From: Octopus bimaculoides
Lineage: Eukaryota
NCBI RefSeq assembly: GCF_001194135.2
Contig: NC_068992.1
Location: 16,111,575-16,170,577, forward strand
DNA: 59,003 nt
Direction of reading: 5' to 3'
A model generated the notes under the pieces. It ran no database searches, was not told the DNA's origin, and worked only from the letters and a program-made list of their open reading frames with translations. The position numbers and the translations under genes were made by a program. Below are positions 38,588 to 51,967 of the stretch, piece after piece (position 1 is the first letter of the stretch; each line of letters opens with the position of its first letter).

Positions 38588-39476
38588 NNNNNNNNNNNNN
38601 NNNNNNNNNNNNNNNNNNNNNNNNNNNNNNNNNNNNNNNNNNNNNNNNNNNNNNNNNNNNNNNNNNNNNNNNNNNNNNNNNNNNNNNNNNNNNNNNNNNN
38701 NNNNNNNNNNNNNNNNNNNNNNNNNNNNNNNNNNNNNNNNNNNNNNNNNNNNNNNNNNNNNNNNNNNNNNNNNNNNNNNNNNNNNNNNNNNNNNNNNNNN
38801 NNNNNNNNNNNNNNNNNNNNNNNNNNNNNNNNNNNNNNNNNNNNNNNNNNNNNNNNNNNNNNNNNNNNNNNNNNNNNNNNNNNNNNNNNNNNNNNNNNNN
38901 NNNNNNNNNNNNNNNNNNNNNNNNNNNNNNNNNNNNNNNNNNNNNNNNNNNNNNNNNNNNNNATATATATATGCCAAATATATGCTTACACACGCGAACA
39001 CACTTAGGCACATACATACACACATACACACACATACATGTTCTTTCTTTCCAATGCTTGAATAAATAAATGTAAATAATACTTTCTTCTCATAAAGTTT
39101 GTACGCAACATAAAAATATTTCGTGTTCAACTAAGATTAAGATACATCTAGAAAATGGAAGCATAACCATTGTGACCGTTACAAGAAAGAACAAGGAAGA
39201 AGTACAACGGAAACTTTAGTTTTGACACGATGACATTTATAGCACAGAATACATATCGTGTCTAACCCGAAAGAATGCCAAATTTATTAAAATATTACCA
39301 TTTTTTTTTGTGTCTTAACATTTACATCTGCTTTACTATTTCATTGCTAGTCTACATGTTGTAAAACGAACCGAATGTCTGTATATAATATGGACAGAAA
39401 AGCAAAATGATGGCCCACGGCACGGGACACGGATATAATGTTAAATAACATATATATATATATGTATGTATATTTG

Positions 39477-39514
<38 letters not shown>

Positions 39515-40044
39515 GTGTGTGTGTGTGTGTTTGTGTGTCTGTGTATGTGTGTGGGTATCTGTGTATCTACGTTTTTTCCTCTTCTTCTTTAATTTTAGAG
39601 TACGTTTTGACCGGCCACCTACTTAGTAACATGGTTGTGAAGGAAAGTATCTTATTTTACCCCGTATCCTTTAAATCTTATGTATGCATGTGTGTATGTA
39701 TGTATGTATGTATGTATGTATGTATAAATGTATTTATGCATGTATGTGTGTATGTGTTTTTTCATCTGTATATACCTGAGTGTGTATTCTTGAGTATATA
39801 TATATATATTTATATATACGTGCCTATGAGTCCACGAACGCATGTATCAAATTCATAAGCAAATGTTACCATTTCCGAAGATATATATGAAATTGAAAGT
39901 GAGTGAGCCGAGAATCAGGACAAACAAAGCAAGTCATATGTTCAGGATATATATAAAAAAAAATGTAGTCACAAATTCTTCTGTCACAGAAGCGTTGTAG
40001 CGTTTCAGTCAAAAACACATGACTTTAAATATTCGTATATTCAT

Positions 40045-40242
40045 TTCTACTCTAGTCACAAGGCCCAAATTTTTGGGGAGAGAGCCAGTCGATTAGATCG
40101 ACCCGAGTACGCAGCTGGTACGCAATTTATCGATTCCAAAGGGATGAAACGCAATGTCAACCTCGGCGGAATTTAAAGTTAGACCAAACACCGCTAAGCG
40201 TTTCACCCGACGTGCTAACATCTCTGCCAACTTGCCGCCTTT
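40045..40242 (-). mobile_element. SINE family B, near full length (tail type 1)
   Basis: TTTCTACTCTAG..CAAGGCCCAAATTTTTGGGG...GTCAACCTCGGCGGAATTT...CGTGCTAAC..CTGCCAACTTGCCGCC. Confidence 0.8.
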
Positions 40243-40618
40243 AAATAATCGTATATTGTTATATTAATGACGTTTATTCAGCATTAAAATGGCAATAATT
40301 TAATTCCACGAATTAAAACGGTAGTAATATATTTCTATTTTGTTTACGCTACAATAGGGCTTAAGTCTAATGTCAGCTCATGAATGTTCCTGTTAGTTCA
40401 ATATATTATTATTTTAGATATCTTATTTGTCTAGGCTACATTTTCACATAATCTCTTCCATAGTTACAGTTACATCATAATCGCTGGCTTCCACAAATTA
40501 ATCTTCTCTATTCTCTTCGTTGTAATAGCTATGTTTTCTCGAATTAAACGCCACATGTCCAAGCACAAATCTACGAACACACACGCACACATACACACAC
40601 GTACGCACGCACACACAA

Positions 40619-40649
<31 letters not shown>

Positions 40650-40769
40650 GACACACACACTTGCACAAACGTACAACGCAGACGCGTTTATAGATGTATG
40701 CAGTTCAAAATTAACAATCCCTGCTGTTGATTTAGTTTTCATAACTATGCTTATCTTTCTATATCAATT

Positions 40770-40808
<39 letters not shown>

Positions 40809-40853
40809 GTATATATGTTCACATATATGTACATATATAGGTATGTATATATG

Positions 40854-40937
<84 letters not shown>

Positions 40938-40973
40938 TATATAAGATTATNNNNNNNNNNTATATATATACAT

Positions 40974-41017
<44 letters not shown>

Positions 41018-41023
41018 GTCCAT

Positions 41024-41067
<44 letters not shown>

Positions 41068-41072
41068 ATGTT

Positions 41073-41107
<35 letters not shown>

Positions 41108-41445
41108 ATATGTATATATATACATTTATGCGTGGATATAAGGTTATATATATATATATTTGTGTGATCGTGTGTGTGAATGTATGTATATATAAGTGTT
41201 ATACAACATTATATTATTTGGTCGTTTGCGTGTTTAATTAAGAATATTAAGTCGAGTTATATATATGAAAAATCTTTGCCAAAAGCCGAAATCGTTTTGC
41301 GAGGTCGGCTTGACAAATGATAGAGTGATATCTGAATTATGTTCTTATTCGAGTCAATGAAATGGCAAAAATGTACTATAATAAATACATGTATTCTCAG
41401 ATTCCAATCAAATATATTTATCTACTGCAATATCCCTTAAATTGA

Positions 41446-41447
<2 letters not shown>

Positions 41448-41521
<74 letters not shown>

Positions 41522-41790
41522 CTGTATATAATATGGACAGATAATACTAATACTAATACTAATAATAATAATAATAATAAATCCAAATTCTTGTAAAAAG
41601 ACAGCAATTCCGGGAGAGGGATAAGTCGATCACATCGGCCCCAGTGATCAGCTGGTACTTATTTTATCGATCCTTATAAAATGAAAGGTAAAGTCGACTT
41701 CCGCAGAATTTGAACTCTGAATGTAAAGACGGACGAAATGCTGCTAAGCATTTTGTCCGGCGTGTTAACGATTCTGCCAGCTCGCATTCT
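41448..41790 (-). mobile_element. SINE family B (41581-41790) with long (AAT)n tail side (41448-41580)
   Basis: GCTGGTACTTATTTTATCGATCC...AAAGTCGAC...GAATTTGAACTCTGAATGTAAAGACGGACGAAATG...GATTCTGCCAGCTCGC. Confidence 0.8.
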
Positions 41791-41792
41791 TA

Positions 41793-41824
<32 letters not shown>

Positions 41825-42206
41825 AATTTGATCTGTACAAAGCATATAATTTCAATATAGGCAGCTGAGCACCGATGTGAATTTCAAAAAAGAATTAATT
41901 TTCATTCACTTAATTTCGTATTTTCATGCCAGAAGGAGCAATATCATTCCAAAATTAGGCACCATGAAGGTGTAACGACTGAAACTATATTCATTCCTCA
42001 AATATAACGTAATTTTTTTGTTAGTAAATTTTTTTTGTATAGTATTCAAAATTTCATATATAATCAATATTAGGTTTTCTGCAGACTGAAGAATAAGGTC
42101 AATATATGAGAAGAACTCTAGATATATTTTACCAGTAGCTAACGATGTGCAATAAGAAGCCTATTTATGATTAGTGAATAGAGTTCGAAAGGAAAGCTTG
42201 TGTGTG

Positions 42207-42442
42207 CGCAAGGCCCGAAAATTTTTGGGGAGGGGCCAGTCGATTACATCGACTCCAGTACGCAACTGGTACTTAATTTATCGATCCCGAAATGATAAAA
42301 GGCAAAGTCGACCTCGGCGGAATTTGAACACAGAACGTAAACGCAGACAAAATACCTATTTCTTTACTGCCCACAAGGGGCTACACACAGAGGGAACAAA
42401 CAAGGACAGACAAACGGATTAAGTCGATTATATCGATCCCAG
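42207..42442 (-). mobile_element. Two tandem SINE family B units with different tails (42207-42355 and 42356-42442)
   Basis: A tail type 1 unit is directly followed by TATTTCTTTACTGCCCACAAGGGG...GGATTAAGTCGATTATATCGATCCCAG (tail type 3), which is cut by (AG)n. Confidence 0.75.
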
Positions 42443-43506
42443 GGAGACAGAGAGAGAGAGGGAGAGAGAGAGAGAGAGAGAGATAGAGAGGGAGAGGAGG
42501 GGAGAGAGATAGACAGACAGGTAGACATACGAACAGATAAATAAAAACACAAAATGATCTCCCTCAGTATTTGAGTGGTATTCTATCTATTCACATCGGA
42601 GTGTACTGGAACATTGTCCTATGGAACATTTACTGTATCCTTATAACTAATTTTCCCACAGCATTCCTAGTAAAAACTTCCAAAGTGAGAATGAAGAAAT
42701 TTCATTTTAAGGAACATGCTGCAACGTAATTCTTGATTGGCCCGAAGCATTTTTCAGTCAATGCTTCACGATGTTCAGCTAGTTTACTTCCAAGAAAATC
42801 GTGACCATTTTACGCTATTTACTTACATTCTAAAATATTTTTGAATACGCTGTCTTTAACAAGTTAGCCTATAACAAAACGGACAACTAGATCATTAACT
42901 TCATTTTTGTCTCACTGGAAATTTGTCTTTCGTATATAAGAAAAGAATCTTTGTTTCACCTACGAGTTTTTAGCAGTTTAGAAGTAACCAAATAGTAACA
43001 TAAAATAGTGCCTTTTTCTCAATTTATACACATATATATATATATATTACATCGCGGAAACATTATCTGATGTGGTGTTCAATACATTGGATAGAATAGA
43101 TGGATAAGTGTCTATCAAAAGAGGTTAGTTTCTGTATGGTTCGCCCCAGTCTGGACTGGACTTTCAAACCAATCGTGGACAACTCGGTCCAGGATTAAAC
43201 AAACATTCTAATACATGAGATCTTATTTCTAAGTTATTTTCGGTCATGTCCACTTGGATAGGTTCATGAATGATGTCAACACACAGACGCACGCGTGGAC
43301 ACACACGCACGCGCGGATCAGTTTAGCGCTAGATCATCACAGAAAGCGGGAGCAATTGAAAAACAAAAATGAGAATGCGGTCTCCATACGGCTCACGCTA
43401 CTAATGTCCAGTGTTTATAATACAGAAATGCAGAAGAAAGTTCAAAATTAATTAGAGATTTTAAAAAGTAGATGGTAGAATTCTTATTGCACACTACATT
43501 TGTTTG

Positions 43507-43547
<41 letters not shown>

Positions 43548-43598
43548 ATATTTATATATGCTTATTTATCTCTCTCTCTATCTATTTCTCTATCTATC

Positions 43599-43635
<37 letters not shown>

Positions 43636-43781
43636 ATATATGTATATANNNNNNNNNNNNNNNNNNNNNNNNNNNNNNNNNNNNNNNNNNNNNNNNNNNN
43701 NNNNNNATATATATATATATATATATATATATAAATGCAAATAGATTTTAAGAATCTCTAATAATGAACTTGTTTTCGATA

Positions 43782-44148
43782 TTTCACTTGCTTTAGTCAT
43801 TGGAGCCCTTAAAGGGTTTAGACAAATAAGTCGACCCCAGTTCATATATTTTAAAGGCTGGCATAAGATCTACATCCACAATAGATATTTTAAAACGATA
43901 AGAACGGGGAAAACCTTGAGATAGGTTTTCCTATCTAGACGTGGTCAAGCAGCAATAGGCACGAACGCAAAAACAAAGACATACACACACACACACACAC
44001 TCACACGCACACACACACACATACTCAGCAGTCTTCTATCCAGTTACCAAATTCATTCAGAGATATTGGTCGTCCCCGAAGTGAAGTAGATTTGAACCTT
44101 AAACCACGTGATAGCAGAGCAAAATATTTAAACACATAATCATGTCTC
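43782..44148 (-). mobile_element. SINE family A, highly diverged
   Basis: TTCACTTGCTTTAGTCATTGG...GTCGACCCCAG...(CA)n...GAACCTTAAACCACGTG aligns to the reverse complement of family A. Confidence 0.5.
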
Positions 44149-44610
44149 TACACCATTTCAAATAAAACATTTTAAATGTGATGGGAGAAACTTTATGTAG
44201 GATTACCGAAACCTTTATTTTCCAGGTATTTCCCGCGTATTCTTTTAGTGGCATCTAATAATATTCGACATTCCTGGGAAATAAAATAGAACGTATCTCA
44301 TTTATTAGAATAAAAATCGTTGTTACCCAGTCTTAAAGCGTACACCGTACTTCATGAATAGGACGATGGTTTCTTTAATTAAATGCCGCTTCCTCAAAGA
44401 TATCTGCTTGAAACAGTGTTTTTCTCTGGTTTGTAGAGACATGAGGTCTACGCTGGGGAGTAGAAACCTGTTTCCTAGCAGACATCAGTTCAGTTGGTAA
44501 TTTAACGTACGTATCACAAACATTCCATTTAATTTGTACACAGACGCACACACGCATTCTGTACGCACGCGCAGAGACACACACACACACACACACACGC
44601 ATTTTGTACG

Positions 44611-44702
<92 letters not shown>

Positions 44703-44859
44703 CTTATATATATACATATATACGCATTCTCTACGCACGCACACACGCACACACACAAACACACATATGCATATATATATATGTATATATATATGTAAAT
44801 ACATATATATTAATACATACATATACATACACCCACACACACACCCACACACCCACACG

Positions 44860-44903
<44 letters not shown>

Positions 44904-45334
44904 TAAACACACATGTATAAATATATATATATATATATATGTATGTGTACATTCTCTGTGTGAATGTGGCTAAATCTTTGTGTATGCTCGAATGTATGTG
45001 GCTAGGTGAGAATGAGCATGGTTTTATTTAATTAAGAAAATATCTGTATTGTTTTGGTGTTAAAACCAGATTTATTTTCTCCCTCAACTTTTAACGCCGT
45101 TTCTCCCTCACTGCAGGTACGCTTCCAATGTAGCTGACAGGCGTAAACCACATAAACGTAACTATGTTTTACACCTAAAATAAAATGTTATATATTGGCA
45201 CTCAATAACTTCTATCACCTTCACGAGTTTTCTTGACATATATCACTGTATGTGAAGTAAATTTTTACCCCGCCATATGATTGTTCAAGACGTTCGTTCA
45301 GACGATGTTTTATATGAATTTTGAAGTTAAGAAA

Positions 45335-45945
45335 AGTTGAAGGTGGAGGATGAGGATGAGGAGGAGGATGAGGAGGAGGAAGTGGAGGTGGACGAGGGGA
45401 AGGAGAGATAGAGGAATAAGGGGATGGTTAAAAAGAAATAAAAAAAGAACAAGAAGAAAAAGGAAGGGAAGGAGAGAAAGAGGAACGAGGAGATGCTTAA
45501 AAGAGAAGAAAGACAACAAAGGCGAGAAGAAAAAAGAGGACGAAGAAGAAGAGGGGGAGGAGGAAGAGAGAAAAAGGAAGGAGGAGACGGTTAAAAAAGA
45601 AGGAAGACAAGAAAGACAAGAAGAAGAAGAAAGAGGAGGAGGCGGAGCTGGAGGGATACAGATTTCAAGGACAAGATGAAGAAGATATAGAAAAAGGAGA
45701 AAAAATGGAGAGAAAGGAGAAGTAAGAGCAGAAGGTGAAGAGGCATACAGCAGAAATGAAGAAGGAAAAGAAGAAGAAGAAGGGGAAGAAGAAGAAGAAG
45801 AAGAAGAAGGGGAAGAGAAGGAGGAGGAGGAGAAGAAGAAGAAGAGGAAGAGGAGGAGGAGGGGAGGAGGAGGGGAGGAGGAGAAGAAGAATAATAATAA
45901 GAAGAAGAAGGGGAAGAGGAGGAGAAGGAGAAGAAGAAGAAGAAA
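45335..45945. repeat. Purine-rich (GAA/GGA) low-complexity tract
   Basis: About 610 bp of almost exclusively A/G on the plus strand; a smaller tract lies at ~21080-21420. Confidence 0.9.
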
Positions 45946-47294
45946 ACAAAATTTATGTACCGGATCGAATACTTTGAAGAGTGTAATTTTTGATTGTACT
46001 TGATTCTTAGTTCAAAGTCAATCAACCGTGTCCAGTGATGGTTCGATACAGCAATCCTTTTCATGTTTAAAGATAAAATAACGTTGGTCTTGGTTTTGGC
46101 ATATGGTTTAGACATTGGCCCTTATCAATGTTGCTGTGTATCTGTATTACCAACAAGTACGGCTCCTCATTTTATTCATTTTATTTTGAATTGACAGGCG
46201 AACACTATTCTCAAAATTTGGTGCCATGGAGATGGACATGTGGAATAACTATTGTGTCGTACACACCAAATTTCCACATGTCAATATTTTCAATGAACTT
46301 ACAGTCAAAATAACAATACATAGACTTTGAGAAATATGATTTATTTCTTCAACTCAATAGATGTGATTCCTGGTGTTTGTATCCTCAAGGTGATGAAATG
46401 ACAGATTTCAAATATCAATTCATATTTTCGTCTTGTTTTCCTAGATTAGTCATGTCTCTGATTTTTACCACACAGACAGGAGAAAAAGAAAACAAACAAA
46501 CAAAAAGCGAAACACAGTAAATATGAATAGATTTTTGAATATGTTCATGAGTGTGACAGTTGTCCAGGGAAAAATAATATATTCCAAAAACAGAACGGCG
46601 TGATATTGGCAAAAGTTGGAACCAAAAGAAAAAAGAATCGAACGAACAAGAATGTATATAAAAAATACCAAAAATACTGCTTTTGCTAATAACATGAATA
46701 TGGTGGAAGAATACTGCAAATGGTCTGCATAAGATTGGAAATACTCGTATATTTACGTATATCATTTCGTTTTTATTAGAATGTTGACTGAGTAGCTTTT
46801 CCAAATATTTTATTTGCCAATAACAGAGAAGTAGTGTACGCAATACACCGAAAGGATACCACTATGTATAACAACTGGTTGCTATAAAAACTATATTTTA
46901 CCTTATATAGGTCATTTATGTAAGAACATTGAACTCGTAGTATGTATATCAAACACAAGAGATTCACCGTTTTTGAAAGCTATCAGCCGTCACGTAAAGC
47001 GTGACACACACACACACGCACACACACACACACACACACATACACACACACACACACATACACATACACACACACACACATACGTACACATGCACACACG
47101 AATACGTTAAGTTCACCAGCCTCTATCCACAAGCACATATACGGTCTCATACACACGCACACACACACGCTCTCATAACACGCACGCAAAGTTCGTGTTG
47201 CGATCACCACTACTTTTTTATCTCATCTTCTTCCTAGCTCTCCTGTCGGACCACTTCTTTTCGGCCATAATTGATCAATTGATCGCTAGCCACT

Positions 47295-47462
47295 AAAACT
47301 TTTTCATTTTCTATCTGCTTATTTCTGCGAACCTTTCTGTTGAAGAGCGTATGCTCGAAATGTAAAAGACTTTCTCACTTCCCGAGCGTTAAACTTATAC
47401 ATATGTTTGTTGTTTACACACCCGTCTTCGTCTTTTGTTTTGTTTGGTTGTAAATTCCAACT
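47295..47462 (+). mobile_element. Probable Penelope-like terminal repeat fragment with a hammerhead-like core (47333-47368)
   Basis: CTTT CTGTTGA A GAGC-GTAT-GCTC GAA ATGT A AAAG: 4-bp stem I, perfect 4-bp stem II and GAAA box. The core has A6->U and an extra A. PLE assignment is from recall of similar termini. Confidence 0.45.
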
Positions 47463-47535
47463 ATATATATATGTACATAAATAAATACACATGTATATAC
47501 ATACATATATGTGTATATACAAACATGTACATATA

Positions 47536-47625
<90 letters not shown>

Positions 47626-47642
47626 ATGTGACAATTATTCGG

Positions 47643-47717
47643 TTGCCCTGATAAAACTCCGAGTTTCGGATGTCGGGGTGGAAACCTGCTCCGGCATCTC
47701 TTCAGTTATCGAGGCAA
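47643..47717 (-). ncRNA. Type I hammerhead ribozyme (near-canonical, minimal palindromic stem III)
   Basis: Minus strand: UUGCCUC-GAUAA CUGAAGA GAUGCCGGAG-CAGGUUUCCA-CCCCGACAUC-C GAA ACUCGGAGU U UUAUC-AGGGCAA. Stem I is GAUAA/UUAUC, extending to 12 bp with one mismatch and one GU; stem II is a long hairpin; stem III is ACUC/GAGU; both core boxes are present. Confidence 0.72.
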
Positions 47718-48074
47718 TCAAAATATGCTAATGTATGTATGCATGAATGTATGTATATGTATATCTATATATAAAATCGCTCCGTAACTGATAAATGCCA
47801 AAAATGAAACAACACACTTCATATAAACCCCAAAATATACATAGACACCGCATGAACCTATTCAAAAATAAGAGATAAATATAACCAAACCAATTAGGGC
47901 ATATGCAGAAACTCAAGGAGCAAACCAATTAACAGATACGAGAACACATGATGAGATCTCACCTAAAGCTCGCAGAGGCATGAAACTCGATGACAAGAGA
48001 AATATTAAGTTTCAATAAACTATATCTAAACACAAAGACACACACGCGCACACTCACTCACACACATATATCTG

Positions 48075-48147
<73 letters not shown>

Positions 48148-49868
48148 GTGGTTTGTGTGGATATCAAATAAGCGTTATAACCCGTTATGTAGCATAAATA
48201 TATTTAACTTAGGTGTGAACGTACGTGATCATTGGAAAATATGACTGGAATTTGTCTCTTCTGGGGATCGAAATGTGGTGGTTGCTTTCACCACTTCCCT
48301 CGAAAGAAAAAGTACACTCCCAACCGCAATATTCGTCAAGTACAGAATTCAGAGCAGTTGATGTCGGAATTACCTCCATGGCTTATTGTTAACATGTAGA
48401 TCTACGTAGAGGGAGATTTTTTCTTGTAATTCATTTGATAATCTCATTTAATCTGTGTTTGAAAATATGATACATATGCGTGATGTTGTACCGACACACA
48501 CATAATACATCAGTGGTTAGAGCAAACGACATAACCATGTGATAGCGAGAGGCGAAAACATAGCCTTAATCAGCTACGAGCTCTGGTCGTTTCATTGCTT
48601 TAATCTACAACTGATACATTGATGACATCAACAATGCAGCGCACATTTACGGATACATATACACCTTGAAATGCAAAAAAGCACACCCACGCACACCAAG
48701 ATACACATACACAAGTGCATATACGCATATGCAATATATATATATATGATGTTGATTTCATTTCATATGAGTAATACTTTAGAAACTAGATTCCAATATT
48801 CATTGTCTTTCACGCGTGGAGTCACTTGGTATTTACAGTAAACGATAAGATATTAAGAAATATCTCTGATAATATTAAATTGCTAAAATGTATTCTGCTT
48901 AATATATAAGCTTTCAAAATTAATGAAATTTTTATCGTAAAGTTTGATAAAAAAAAATCTTATTTAAAAGCATGAAAACTTACCAAAAACTACCCAAAAG
49001 TTGAAATTGCCTCAAAATGGCTGACTTGATTTCTAATTAAGTAATATTAATCGAAGCTGATAAAATATAAATAATACAAATGCGATAATTAGAGTTGTCG
49101 CTGAATTATTGTTAAGTAGAATTTTGTAGAAAAAATCTGCAGCTTAATATTTTATTTATGACTTCATGCGATTATTTATATCTGGGGAATTAATTTTCTA
49201 TAACCTAAACTTATTAATGAAAGTTTTTCGGTGATCTTGGCAAATATAATTACGTAATGCGGATGGGCCTCCATCTATTAAGACGATGAGCATTGTGTTA
49301 TTTAATCAGCTGAACTAACAACCCACTGAATTAAATTATAAGCGGTTGGCTGATCTATAGGCGCGTGTACCCTTAAACAAAATAAGTGTAACAATCTAAC
49401 ATCTAAATTCTTTCAACCATGAGATGTTTGCCGAGTTGAGACAAGATGCTATTTTCTTGGTTCAAACTCCGCAATCGAAATTGCGACTATTTCAAATACA
49501 AATTCCCTTAGCATCAACATAACACGGCGAACTAAAGAGGTCAGGGCAAATATCTGTACTTCTTAATGTACATCCTCACTCCTTACACCACACCCATCCC
49601 TACAGCCCAAAAGCACATTTGCACTGTGTTCAATAAAGTACCCGCAGCAGCCTAATTGTTGACGCCTACGTTTCAGGCTTTGCAAGACGGTTTTTACGAC
49701 TTTGAAATTGTCTATATTTTATTGATCAATCAGACAACCCTGTGCATTTCAGATTGGAATCCTTGATAATTGACAAAGAATAACACTATACTGTATCATT
49801 TTGAGACCAATCAATAATACCTTAATTTTCGTAGCGTCATTTTCCTAAAACGTTTAAAACAAATACAT

Positions 49869-49909
<41 letters not shown>

Positions 49910-51731
49910 TATATATACATGCATACACATATATGTACATAAATATATACGGACACATAGATGTAGACACACACACATGCACTACACACGCACGCCTGCT
50001 CATGTATTTAATTAAAACATGAGTTTCAAAGCAATGCAGTATGTTATTATAACCATTATCGTGGGAAATATGTCGAAATGTTGTATGTAACAGTTTGGGA
50101 GTAAACAGGAATCCACACAGAGGCATATCACCATTGCGGACTAATGACTAATTTAATTGCATGCTTTTGAACATATATACGTTTATGCTTTGAGAAAGCC
50201 CCCATTCATGACACATGTATTAAAGAGAATAATGCGGTAAAGTTTGTTAGAAGATTTATATCGATAACCGTAGATAGCAAGAGAGGTAAAAGAGGAACAA
50301 AGATCAGTGTGTAATCTAGAGAAAAGGGATTAGCTATTCCTCCACAGAATTTCCCTCTGTATGTACTATGTGTTGTGTAAAATTTTATTTTCCCTCTTGG
50401 CTTCTACAAAACTACGATGTCCAATATTCTATTATGCATACAATTACATAAACTTAACCTGAGGGAAGCAGTCATTGTTCTATGAACAAACTCTGATAAT
50501 TAACATCGTTTGGCTTTGAGTTTTATGGAATTGTAAAACCACAAGGCCATTTAACTACAAATAGAAATCACTTTATTTGAAGCCCCATCAGATAAATTAC
50601 CCTTCCCATTTCCGTTTGCTATTTCCAATAACAGCATAAATAACAGCACTGTTGAGGCTCTTTTCGGCGAGGCCTTTCACATAGGGTAGAAGACTGCGGA
50701 CAGTTTATGGGTTTCATCCTCTCTTTTCTACATAATTCATGTTGAGGCCCTTATTTATAAATGCCACAGAATTTCACAAAACTAGACACCAATATTTAAG
50801 TATAGTCTAAGCCTAATTAGATTACCTATGAAAACAAAAATACTAAACTAAATGATCCCCACAGACTATGAATCCACAAATACTTTTTAATTTGGAAGAA
50901 TGAAGGACAACCTAGAATAATTCCATAAGGATTCCCAATGCAATTTGTATATATGGGTACAATATGAGGATTATCCCTTAAAAAAACCCGTATGGAGCCA
51001 TTTTCCTCTAAACAAAGCTCTGTTTAACAATTCACTTGTGTAGAAGTTGAGGTTTTTGAAATAACAAGGAACTCCACAGTCGCTCAGCTAATCTGCAGAC
51101 ATGAAATTTCTTTGGAAGTCAGCTAAGATATTGGTGCTGCAAAATCCTCTTAGTGTTCTCCATAAAACACAAAGCATCTGGGATTTATATTCTAGTCAGG
51201 CTTTACCACTATAGTTATTTTCTTTATTCAGTTCTATACAAACTTTCCTCAATATCGCTTGCTGTTGGTTGAATGCACATGTTTTTGGTGAGACGCATGA
51301 TTCGAATTTCTTCCTAAAGCTCTTGGAACTTTCATTAATTTCATCTCAGTGTGGTACAACACAGGGAATTAAACGCCATTCACCTGAAAATACCATCGTA
51401 ATTCAACCAAAAGATCTGTCAATTTCACTTATATACCCGTATTTGCGATCCATTGAATTCAAATATCTTCTTCAATTCAAATATTTCCTCGATTAAACTT
51501 AATACACATGGTTAGCTGACGCAATATGCTCCATGATAATATATTACAATTTGAATTGTGAATTATCGTTAGAGGTATTTTTAAAAGTGAATGTAAAGAT
51601 CACTCAATGCGTGAAAAGTACAAGCATTGCCACAAAACTTGATGTTGTTATTGCAAAAATGGTCATTTCGTTTCTGACATGTATTGTTGATAAGACAATG
51701 TATATATATATATGCATGTATATATATATAT

Positions 51732-51767
<36 letters not shown>

Positions 51768-51927
51768 NNNNNNNNNNNNNNNNNNNNNNNNNNNNNNNNN
51801 NNNNNNNNNNNNNNNNNNNNNNNNNNNNNNNNNNNNNNNNNNNNNNNNNNNNNNNNNNNNNNNNNNNNNNNNNNNNNNNNNNNNNNNNNNNNNNNNNNNN
51901 NNNNNNNNNNNNNNNNNNNNNNNNNNN

Positions 51928-51961
<34 letters not shown>

Positions 51962-51967
<6 letters not shown>

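Noticed and set aside
45310-46115. Charged or Leu/Ser/Phe-rich ORFs of 70-174 aa
   Set aside because: They come from the polypurine tract in several frames at once.
46415-46843. 142-aa minus-strand ORF
   Set aside because: No recognisable motif; the hydrophobic bias is expected from T-rich DNA.
51215-51295. 56-nt exon candidate (TTCTTTATTCAG ... GTGAGA)
   Set aside because: Splice signals are plausible, but two frames are open, the peptide is not recognisable and there is no linked exon.
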